From: Eubacteriales bacterium
GTDB lineage: Bacteria > Bacillota > Clostridia > Oscillospirales > CAG-272
Assembly: GCA_045588715.1 (NCBI GenBank)
Contig: JAZNEQ010000023.1
Span: forward strand, 1-48,669
DNA: 48,669 nt
Reading direction: 5' to 3'
Both the position numbers and the translations under genes were made by a program. Below, piece after piece: positions 38,551 through 45,908 of the stretch. How positions within the stretch are numbered: the stretch's first letter is position 1; the number at the start of each line of letters is the position of its first letter. The notes below the pieces were generated by a model, which was not told the DNA's origin, ran no database searches, and saw only the letters and a program-made list of their open reading frames with translations.

Positions 38551-39549
38551 TCAATTTAGCAAAGAAAAGTCAATTGCATCCAAAAGCTTTTTCTGCGCCT
38601 CGACAATATCTGCGCCAAGGATCGTACATCCCGCAGCCTTCACGTGTCCCCCACCACCAAAGGAAGCACAGAGGGCCGAAACGTCAAAACCGCACGCACT
38701 TCGCGCAGAAACACGGAATTTTCCCTCGGGAGAGGGTTGGCGGATGACAAATGCAAGCAACACTCCCGCCACCGATCTTGCAACGTCAATCAAGGTTTCC
38801 AGGTGTACGTCCTCAAGTTCCAGGTCGTTTTTCAGAGTATAGGGAAACGCGATTACCGCTACACGCCCATCCGCATAAAGCGAAAGCTTGGAAAAGCCTG
38901 CCGCCTCGGCACGCAGCTGCTCCATGCTTTTGCTCTCAAACAAAAGATGGTTAATGCTTGCCGCGTCGATTCCAAAGGAAAGAAGCTCGGCGGCACGCAC
39001 GTGCGTGTGTGGCGTGGTGTTGGAAAAGCGAAATCCGCCCGTGTCCGAGCTGATCGCGGCATAAAGCGCGGTGGCAAGCTTTTTTGTAAATACAAGCTTT
39101 TTTTGATCTGCCAAAAGCTTGCAAAGATCAAATAAGATCTCCCCTGTCGCGGCAGCGTCGGGACGTATATATGCAAATTTTGCATACACCTCACCTTTCC
39201 CGTGATGGTCGATCATCAGATCGACCCGATCGCCGAAGCGTTCATAAAGGCTGTCCAACTGAGAGGGAGAAGCAGTATCCACGCTCACAATGCGGGAAAC
39301 GGAGAAATCGCTTGGAATGCTTTCGGAAAGCACGCTTCCCTGCTCCCCAAACAAAAGGAAGGAGAGACGTGTGGAAACCTCACAAGCACAAACGCAGTAC
39401 GCGCGGGAGCCAAGCGCCTCCAAAATTTTTTTCATAGCGTAAGCAGATCCAACGGCATCAGCATCGGGAGCACGGTGAAAGAGCACCAGCGTATCCTGTA
39501 CTGTCTCCAATTTGGGAAGGATCGAATCAAACGAAATATATTCGCTCAT
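38551..39549 (-). CDS. nrnA: DHH/DHHA1 bifunctional oligoribonuclease / pAp phosphatase
   Basis: 'H..PDADAVGS', 'VDT', DHH, 'SDTGGFRF', 'GGGGHVKAAG'. Confidence 0.9.
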   Translation of the reverse strand: MSEYISFDSILPKLETVQDTLVLFHRAPDADAVGSAYAMKKILEALGSRAYCVCACEVSTRLSFLLFGEQGSVLSESIPSDFSVSRIVSVDTASPSQLDSLYERFGDRVDLMIDHHGKGEVYAKFAYIRPDAAATGEILFDLCKLLADQKKLVFTKKLATALYAAISSDTGGFRFSNTTPHTHVRAAELLSFGIDAASINHLLFESKSMEQLRAEAAGFSKLSLYADGRVAVIAFPYTLKNDLELEDVHLETLIDVARSVAGVLLAFVIRQPSPEGKFRVSARSACGFDVSALCASFGGGGHVKAAGCTILGADIVEAQKKLLDAIDFSLLN

Positions 39550-39932
39550 GCCTCGTTCCCATCCTCTTCACTTTCTTCTTCATCCTCCTCGGGAGAAATG
39601 TCAAGATTGTTGAGAATGGACGCGATGTGCGCACCGTAAGCAACCGAGGCATCCTCGATAAAGGTCAATTCGGGGGTCATTCTCAAATTGAGAGAGCCCG
39701 CCAGCTCGCGGCGGATAAAGCCTGCCGCTGCACGAAGCCCCTTTGCGATCTCTTTTTTGTCTCCGCCCATTGCCGAATAATATATTTTTGCATACTTAAG
39801 GTCTGCGGTACAATCTGCCGCCGTAATGCTGATAAAAGCGTCGCTGACTCTGGGATCCTTTACACGACGCAGGATCACGGTCAGCTCCTTTTGCATTTCC
39901 TCGTTAATTCGACCTCTTCTGTATTTAGCCAT
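39546..39932 (-). CDS. rbfA: Ribosome-binding factor A
   Basis: 'KDPRV', 'DLKYAKIY', 'AAGFIR', 'LRMTPELTFIED'; start at 39932 after AAAGGA. Confidence 0.95.
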   Translation of the reverse strand: MAKYRRGRINEEMQKELTVILRRVKDPRVSDAFISITAADCTADLKYAKIYYSAMGGDKKEIAKGLRAAAGFIRRELAGSLNLRMTPELTFIEDASVAYGAHIASILNNLDISPEEDEEESEEDGNEA

Positions 39933-39960
39933 ATTACATTCCTTTCTTTTAAAACGAAGG

Positions 39961-40006
39961 ACGGGGGTGTCCAAATGCGTTTCGCATTTTACCGACACCC
40001 CCGTTT
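39961..40006. terminator. GC-rich hairpin/terminator after the small acidic protein gene
   Basis: ACGGGGGTGTC...GACACCCCCGT stem with inner AAATGCG/CGCATTT. Confidence 0.6.
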
Positions 40007-40028
40007 TGGATGTAGAAACGAAGAAAAA

Positions 40029-40301
40029 TCAGTTCTCTTCTACAGCGTCGATCTCAGCTGCTTCTTCAACTGCTTCTTCAGCTGCTTCCTCAGCCTCGAC
40101 CTCAATAGCCTCATCCTCGGCGCCCTCTTCAACAGCGGCAACCTCATCCTCAGCCTCGATAGCCTCTACAGCCTTCTTCTTACCGAAGATCTTTACAAGA
40201 ACAACAGCGGCAACTGCGCAAACTGCAAGAGCAGCAGCAACGATACCGATGATCTTCCAGATCTGGCCGTCCTTCTTTACTACGATAACATCGTGTTCCA
40301 T
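40029..40301 (-). CDS. Small single-TM protein with Glu/Ala-rich acidic tail (hypothetical)
   Basis: Strong SD AAGGAGGG; one TM followed by KKK, then an E/A-rich tail; biased codon use (GCT, GTT, GAG/GAA). Confidence 0.75.
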   Translation of the reverse strand: MEHDVIVVKKDGQIWKIIGIVAAALAVCAVAAVVLVKIFGKKKAVEAIEAEDEVAAVEEGAEDEAIEVEAEEAAEEAVEEAAEIDAVEEN

Positions 40302-40500
40302 GATAAGCCCTCCTTCTTTTTTAGCACCATCTCTCAAGGAGACATCATATGCTTTAATAACAGTATATCATTTTTTTAAAAAAAATCAATACCCTGACAA
40401 AAAAATTTTATTTTTTTTCAAAATCTATTTCTTTTTATTTTAAAATGTGATAACATATAAGGGAATTTCAAGGAGCAAACGTAAAAAAGGAGAAAAAGCA

Positions 40501-41316
40501 ATGACCTATCAAGAGCTTACAAGTACACTTTCCGCATCGGGGATCGAAGCTGCCGAGTGGGAAGCCCAGCTCATGCTCTCTCATTTTTTCTCCGTTGGGC
40601 GCGCCTCCCTTATGTCCTCTCCCGATGCATCTTATGAGAGTGAGGACTTCAGAACCGCTCTTTCGCGCAGATGCAAAAGAGAGCCGCTTCAATATATCCT
40701 TGGCGAATGGGATTTTTACCGTCAAAGCTACGAGCTCTCGCCCGATTGTCTCATTCCAAGGAGCGACACCGAGATTTTAGTGGAGGAAGCAATCAAGCGT
40801 CTCCCGAAAGATGCCGTTTTTGCCGATCTTTGCACGGGGAGTGGGTGCATTGCGATCTCCGTTCTTGCCGAGCGCCCCGACACCGTTGCCTATGCCGTAG
40901 ATAAATTTGAGCGCACCCTCGCCTTGGCAAGCCGTAATGCACTAAAAAACAACGTAAAAGACCGCTTTACGCCTCTTTGCTTTGACGTTTTGGAAAAGAA
41001 TTTTCCATCTGACATCCACTTTGACGCGATCCTGTGCAACCCCCCTTATATTCCGTCAAGCGATATTGCCGGGCTTTCTCCTGAAGTGCAGTTTGAGCCA
41101 TTGGCGGCGCTGGACGGCGGAGAGGATGGGCTTTTGTTTTACCGCACACTCCTGCAAACGATGCGTCCGCACCTCAAGAAAAACGGATTTTTCCTGTTTG
41201 AGATCGGATACGATCAAGGGAATGCGCTTATGTCACTTGCTAAGAAGCACCGTTTCCAAGAGGCTTACGTATTACGTGACCTTGGCGGGAACGACAGAGT
41301 TGTATATCTCTCATAA
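40501..41316 (+). CDS. prmC: Release factor glutamine methyltransferase
   Basis: 'EPLQYILG', 'LIPRSDTE', 'DLCTGSG', NPPY, 'EIGYDQ'. Confidence 0.95.
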   Translation: MTYQELTSTLSASGIEAAEWEAQLMLSHFFSVGRASLMSSPDASYESEDFRTALSRRCKREPLQYILGEWDFYRQSYELSPDCLIPRSDTEILVEEAIKRLPKDAVFADLCTGSGCIAISVLAERPDTVAYAVDKFERTLALASRNALKNNVKDRFTPLCFDVLEKNFPSDIHFDAILCNPPYIPSSDIAGLSPEVQFEPLAALDGGEDGLLFYRTLLQTMRPHLKKNGFFLFEIGYDQGNALMSLAKKHRFQEAYVLRDLGGNDRVVYLS

Positions 41317-41330
41317 GAAAGGAACGAAAG

Positions 41331-42371
41331 GTGAAGATCATAGTACTTGCGGGCGGTTACTCGCCCGAGCGTGAGGTCTCGCTAACCTCCGGAAGTCTCA
41401 TTGCCAACGCATTGATGGAAAACGGGCATCGCGTCTGCCTTTTGGACGTATACGTAGGATTGTCCACCCTTCCCGCCGATCCCGATACGCTGTTTCGCAC
41501 TGTCGGCTCATATCACCACAAGGTCAGTGAGGTCATTCCCGATCTTGCCGCACTCAAGCAAGAAACGCAAAACGGCGATGCAATGATTGGCAAAAACGTG
41601 ATAGAGCTTTGCAAACGCGCAGACATCGCATTTTTGGCACTCCACGGCGGAATTGGGGAAAACGGACAGCTTCAGGCAACGCTTGACAGCTTTGGGATCC
41701 CCTATACGGGCTCCGGCTATATCGGCAGTCTCCTTGCCATGGACAAGGACATTGCAAAAAAGCTTTTGCGTGCCGCAGGAGTCAACACCCCCGACTGGCT
41801 CGCCGTCGATCCCAAAACCACTACCTCGCGCGAGATCCTTTCAAAAATCGATCTCCCCTTGGTAGTAAAGCCTTGTAGCTGTGGCTCCAGCGTAGGGGTA
41901 TCGATGGTAGAGAGTGAGGAAGATCTAAAAAATGCCCTTGCTGCCGCGGCAGCATGGGATGACTGCGTTCTTGTGGAAAAAAGAATCGAGGGGCGCGAGC
42001 TTACCGTCGGTATTCTTGACAGAATGACACTCCCCGCCGTAGAGATCATCCCCAAAGAAGGCTTTTACGATTACAAAAACAAATACCAAGGCTCCACGGA
42101 AGAGATCTGTCCTGCCCCCATTTCCGGGGAGATAGCAGACGAGGCGGCACACATGACGCGCATCGGCTTTGATGCGTTACGGCTTTACGGCTACGCGAGA
42201 TTTGACTACCTTCTGGATCGTCAAGGAACTTTATGGTGCCTGGAGGCCAATACCTTGCCCGGTATGACTCCCACCAGCCTTTTGCCGCAAGCCGCAGCGG
42301 CGGTCGGTATCGGCTACAACGCACTTTGTGAAAAGCTGATCGAGGTCAGCTTAAAAAAGAAAGCAACGTAA
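41331..42371 (+). CDS. ddl: D-alanine--D-alanine ligase
   Basis: 'GGYSPEREVSL', 'LHGGIGENG', 'GSSVG', 'FYDYKNKY', 'EANTLPGMT'. Confidence 0.95.
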   Translation: MKIIVLAGGYSPEREVSLTSGSLIANALMENGHRVCLLDVYVGLSTLPADPDTLFRTVGSYHHKVSEVIPDLAALKQETQNGDAMIGKNVIELCKRADIAFLALHGGIGENGQLQATLDSFGIPYTGSGYIGSLLAMDKDIAKKLLRAAGVNTPDWLAVDPKTTTSREILSKIDLPLVVKPCSCGSSVGVSMVESEEDLKNALAAAAAWDDCVLVEKRIEGRELTVGILDRMTLPAVEIIPKEGFYDYKNKYQGSTEEICPAPISGEIADEAAHMTRIGFDALRLYGYARFDYLLDRQGTLWCLEANTLPGMTPTSLLPQAAAAVGIGYNALCEKLIEVSLKKKAT

Positions 42372-42376
42372 AAACC

Positions 42377-42430
42377 AAAAGCGTACAAAAAGACTTCGGC
42401 ATGCCGAAAGCCTCTTTGTACGCTTTTATT
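42377..42430. terminator. Bidirectional terminator between ddl and malQ
   Basis: AAAAGCGTACAAA..TTCGGCATGCCGAA..TTTGTACGCTTTT. Confidence 0.8.
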
Positions 42431-42459
42431 TTCTTGAAGCGGAGGGTAAAAAAGTCATC

Positions 42460-43887
42460 CTACCGTCCGTAAAGTCGATTCCAATTTCTAAATTTTTTAG
42501 CGGAAAGCCCCGAGATCTGCGTACCCGTAATCCGATAGCTCCAGTTTCCGTCGGCGCTTCCCGGGGTATTGAGTCGCGTATCCCGCCCAAAGAGGAGAAG
42601 ATCCTGCACCGGAAGGATCAAAAGACGCGCGTGACTTGCAAACATGGTACGCAACACGGCATCATAGCATCCGTCCCAGTCGCCTTCATATCCGCAATAC
42701 CTCATCAAGTGCTCCCTTTGTGCCTCGGTCTGCTCCCAAACGTAGCCCAGAAGTGTATTGTTATCGTGGGTTCCCGTATACGCCACACAGTTAAGATCGT
42801 AGTTGTGCGGAAGGTGCGGAGAATTATCATCCCCCAAAAAGCCGAATTGAAGCACGCGCATTCCGGGATATCCGCTGTCACGAACAAGTTTTTCCACTGC
42901 GGGAGTAACGTCCCCAAGATCCTCCGCGATCATCAATGCATCGCGACAAATAGGGGAGATGGCACGGATCAATGCCATGCCGGGCCCCTTTTTCCATTTT
43001 CCGTTCCTTGCCGTGGTGTCTTTGGCAGGGATGCTGTAATAGGATTCCAAGCCTCTGAAATGATCGATCCGCACACCGTCAAAAAGCTCCATCATAAAAC
43101 GCATACGAGCGCGCCACCAGGCGTATCCGTCGGCTTTCATGCACTTCCAATCATACAGCGGATTTCCCCAAAGCTGTCCATCCTTTGAAAAATAATCGGG
43201 AGGGCAACCGGCGACCGCCTTCATGTTTCCCGCCTTGTCCAATTGGAAAAGCGTGCGGTTTTCCCACACGTCGGCGCTGTCGTACGCCACGTAGATCGGC
43301 ACGTCCCCTACGATCGAGATGCCCTTTTTATTGGCATAGTCCCTTACCGCCATCCATTGCTTATAAAAGGTATATTGCGTAAACGCCCATGCAAAGAACA
43401 CGTCCTCGTCAAAGGATTCGCCCTTCCATTCGTTCCACGCCACGCCTCCCTCAGCCTCTCTGATCGCCATATAACGGCAAAAGCTCTCGGTGGCAGGATG
43501 CGCTTTTATGAATTCCAGAATCGCAGAACGATCCTTCACTCGCGCCGCCGCACGCGCAAGAAGCGCAAAGCGTTCTCTGTCCAAGCGTTCAAACTCACAG
43601 GCATAGGGTGTTTTTTGCTTTGCTTCCTCCAATTCTTCCTTGGTAAGAAGCCCCTCCGTATAAAGCGTGGGAAGATCGATAAAATTGGGATTAAGGCTAA
43701 AAGCACCAAAGGATTTATAGGGAGAATGATATTCGTCCGGAATACAAAACGGAAGCACCTGCCACACCCCAAAGCCACTCTCGGCAAGAAAATCGATCCA
43801 CTCAAATGCTTCTCTTCCGAGAGAGCCCTCGGAATATTCTCCCCACAAGGAAGAGACGTGCATTAATACACCGCTTTGTCTTTTCAT
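42460..43887 (-). CDS. malQ: 4-alpha-glucanotransferase (amylomaltase, GH77)
   Basis: 'WQVLP', 'GDVPIYV', 'PPDYFS..GQLWGNPLY', 'RIDHFRG', 'AEDLG', 'YTGTHDN'. Confidence 0.96.
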   Translation of the reverse strand: MKRQSGVLMHVSSLWGEYSEGSLGREAFEWIDFLAESGFGVWQVLPFCIPDEYHSPYKSFGAFSLNPNFIDLPTLYTEGLLTKEELEEAKQKTPYACEFERLDRERFALLARAAARVKDRSAILEFIKAHPATESFCRYMAIREAEGGVAWNEWKGESFDEDVFFAWAFTQYTFYKQWMAVRDYANKKGISIVGDVPIYVAYDSADVWENRTLFQLDKAGNMKAVAGCPPDYFSKDGQLWGNPLYDWKCMKADGYAWWRARMRFMMELFDGVRIDHFRGLESYYSIPAKDTTARNGKWKKGPGMALIRAISPICRDALMIAEDLGDVTPAVEKLVRDSGYPGMRVLQFGFLGDDNSPHLPHNYDLNCVAYTGTHDNNTLLGYVWEQTEAQREHLMRYCGYEGDWDGCYDAVLRTMFASHARLLILPVQDLLLFGRDTRLNTPGSADGNWSYRITGTQISGLSAKKFRNWNRLYGR

Positions 43888-43959
43888 ACTTTTATTCCTT
43901 TCCTCACTGACAAATTGGGGTAAAAAAAGGACCGATCCATTTGTGAATCGATCCTTTTT

Positions 43960-44035
43960 TGGAGCTGGTAATCAGAATCGAACTGATGACCTCGTCATTA
44001 CCAATGACGTGCTCTACCGACTGAGCCATACCAGC
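43960..44035 (-). tRNA. tRNA-Thr(GGT)
   Basis: 76-nt cloverleaf, anticodon arm CGTCA-TTGGTAA-TGACG, encoded CCA; promoter TTGACA-17-TATAAT (44083-44055); terminator 43922-43960. Confidence 0.97.
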
Positions 44036-44135
44036 AATGTCTTACGACTTTGTTATTATAGCAGATTCGGTAACGTTTGTCAATAGTTTTTTGAAATATT
44101 TTAAGGAAAATATTTTTGTGCCAAATGTCAAAGAC

Positions 44136-45299
44136 TTATTCCGGCAACTCCATGCGTTGCAATTTTTCAATCAGTGCAACCCCGCTTTGTGCCTTGTCAA
44201 TACGTTCCTCAAAAATCATTTGCATAAGATTTGTCAAAAGCTCGTTATGCGCCTCGCAAACAAAAATATTTTTCATTTTAGGAGTCTTTGCACGGAAGCC
44301 ATCGGCGATCATATCCACCGTAAAGGAGGAAAGCTCCTCATAATACCCAAACCTTGTGGGAACAAGACACCACGAGTCAAAGAGCTGTGCAAGTGCTTTC
44401 TCGTTACCGATGGGAGCATTGATGTATTCCATATACTTCTCAAAGCAAGCCTTTTCCTCGCCGTCAAGAAGAACGATATCCGTGTCAAAACGGTAGGGAT
44501 GGATCAAGAGTGTAATTTTCTCGCTTGAAATGTTCAATTCGGTGATATATCCGTGAAACCACGCGGGGGTCACGTTTGGAAAATGCGGGAAATAAAAGTT
44601 CCCCATGCCGTAAACAATAGGGGCTCCGTGATAGATTTCGTAGCCTTGCGGACAGTGCGCATGCATACAAACCACCGCAGCAGCACCGATATCCACAAAA
44701 TGGCGACAGATCTCGCGGCGGCGAGGCGACGGGAAGGGATAGCCCTCGTGTCCCGTATGGAAGTAGATGATGGGAAGCATTCCCTTCTCCCTCGCCGAAA
44801 GGATCTCATGCGTAACGTACTCCAAGCGATAAGAGGAGGTTCCCGGCTCGCACTCCGAAGCTCCGCCAAACTCGTTTTCACAAATTGCGATCAAGGCTAT
44901 CTTCACACCATCCTTTTCAAGAACGGCAGGGCGATACGCCTCTTTTATGCTTTCACCGGCACCAATACAAAGATATCCCTCGCGCTCAAAAAGAGCCTTG
45001 GTTTCCCGCATTGGGGCAGCACCGTAATCCATGGTATGGTTGTTCGCAATTCCCACCACCGTGGGGGAAAGCGCGCGGATATATTCTGCATAGGCTTTGC
45101 TTGAGATCAGATTGGGACCGTCTTTTACAATGGGAGTATGCGCTTCGCGCTCTCCGAATACGTTTTCCAAATTAACGATCGAAAAATCAGCCTTTTGAAA
45201 CAATGCGGCAGGCTCACGCATTGCTTCATGTATTTTTTCTTTTTCGGGAATGCCTTCAATATAGTTAAAGGACATATCCGCAGCCAACATCAGCTTCAT
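44136..45299 (-). CDS. CapA/PgsA-family metallophosphoesterase
   Basis: 'VNLE', 'ANNHTMDYG', 'HTGHE', 'HAHCPQG', 'YGMGNF'. Confidence 0.88.
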   Translation of the reverse strand: MKLMLAADMSFNYIEGIPEKEKIHEAMREPAALFQKADFSIVNLENVFGEREAHTPIVKDGPNLISSKAYAEYIRALSPTVVGIANNHTMDYGAAPMRETKALFEREGYLCIGAGESIKEAYRPAVLEKDGVKIALIAICENEFGGASECEPGTSSYRLEYVTHEILSAREKGMLPIIYFHTGHEGYPFPSPRRREICRHFVDIGAAAVVCMHAHCPQGYEIYHGAPIVYGMGNFYFPHFPNVTPAWFHGYITELNISSEKITLLIHPYRFDTDIVLLDGEEKACFEKYMEYINAPIGNEKALAQLFDSWCLVPTRFGYYEELSSFTVDMIADGFRAKTPKMKNIFVCEAHNELLTNLMQMIFEERIDKAQSGVALIEKLQRMELPE

Positions 45300-45507
45300 T
45301 GTTCAGTTCCTCCCAAAGAATCTTTTTTGGTTGATAGCAGGATCTATACTCCTCCAATTGTAACATATAAAAAAGCCAAAGTCAACAAAATCAACTATAC
45401 TTTTTTGCTTCCTTTGTACGTTTTTGAAAAAGAAAAACTTTTTTCAAAAAAGGTATTGACAAACAAATCCAAATGCTGTATAATATCAAAGTACGAAAAA
45501 CGAATAT

Positions 45508-45584
45508 GTGGCATTAGCTCAGCTGGATAGAGTGTTTGGCTACGAACCAAAAGGTCGGGGGTTCGAATCTCTCATGCCACGCCA
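45508..45584 (+). tRNA. tRNA-Arg(ACG)
   Basis: 77-nt cloverleaf, anticodon arm TTTGG-CTACGAA-CCAAA, encoded CCA; promoter TTGACA-17-TATAAT at 45456-45484. Confidence 0.97.
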
Positions 45585-45726
45585 AAAGCCCAACAGGATC
45601 GCATCGTGATTCTGTTGGGCTTTTGTTATGTTATTTGACATTCGAACCCCCACAAATTGCCATAGCAATTTGTATGAATTTGCGTTATCCCAACAACAAC
45701 ACAGCAGAGCATATCAGCGCAAATTT

Positions 45727-45754
45727 GGGTTCATGAATCCCTCATGCCACGCCA
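45727..45754 (+). repeat. Imperfect direct repeat of the tRNA-Arg 3' end (att-like)
   Basis: GGGTTC(AT)GAATCCCTCATGCCACGCCA vs tRNA GGGTTCGAATCTCTCATGCCACGCCA; ends 170 bp downstream of the tRNA end. Confidence 0.85.
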
Positions 45755-45761
45755 AAGCATC

Positions 45762-45795
45762 AAAACCGAGGAAATAACAGATTTCCTCGGTTTTT
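45762..45795. terminator. Bidirectional terminator
   Basis: AAAACCGAGGAAAT..ATTTCCTCGGTTTTT. Confidence 0.75.
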
Positions 45796-45908
45796 CTTTG
45801 TTTTTCTCTTTTTTTCTAATGTTTGCGTGTTTCGATTGAACATCGTCTTATGGGCTGTTTTAGGCGTTTTAAGTGTACTTTTTGCTGTTTTCTGTTGTCA
45901 AAGTGTGG

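Noticed and set aside
41331-42371. ddl plus the D-LDH gene as a vancomycin-resistance (VanH/VanA-like) set
   Set aside because: The omega loop FYDYKNKY is D-Ala-D-Ala type, the genes are 16 kb apart, and there is no vanX/vanRS.
44136-45299. Poly-gamma-glutamate capsule system
   Set aside because: Only a CapA-family domain is present, with no capB/capC.
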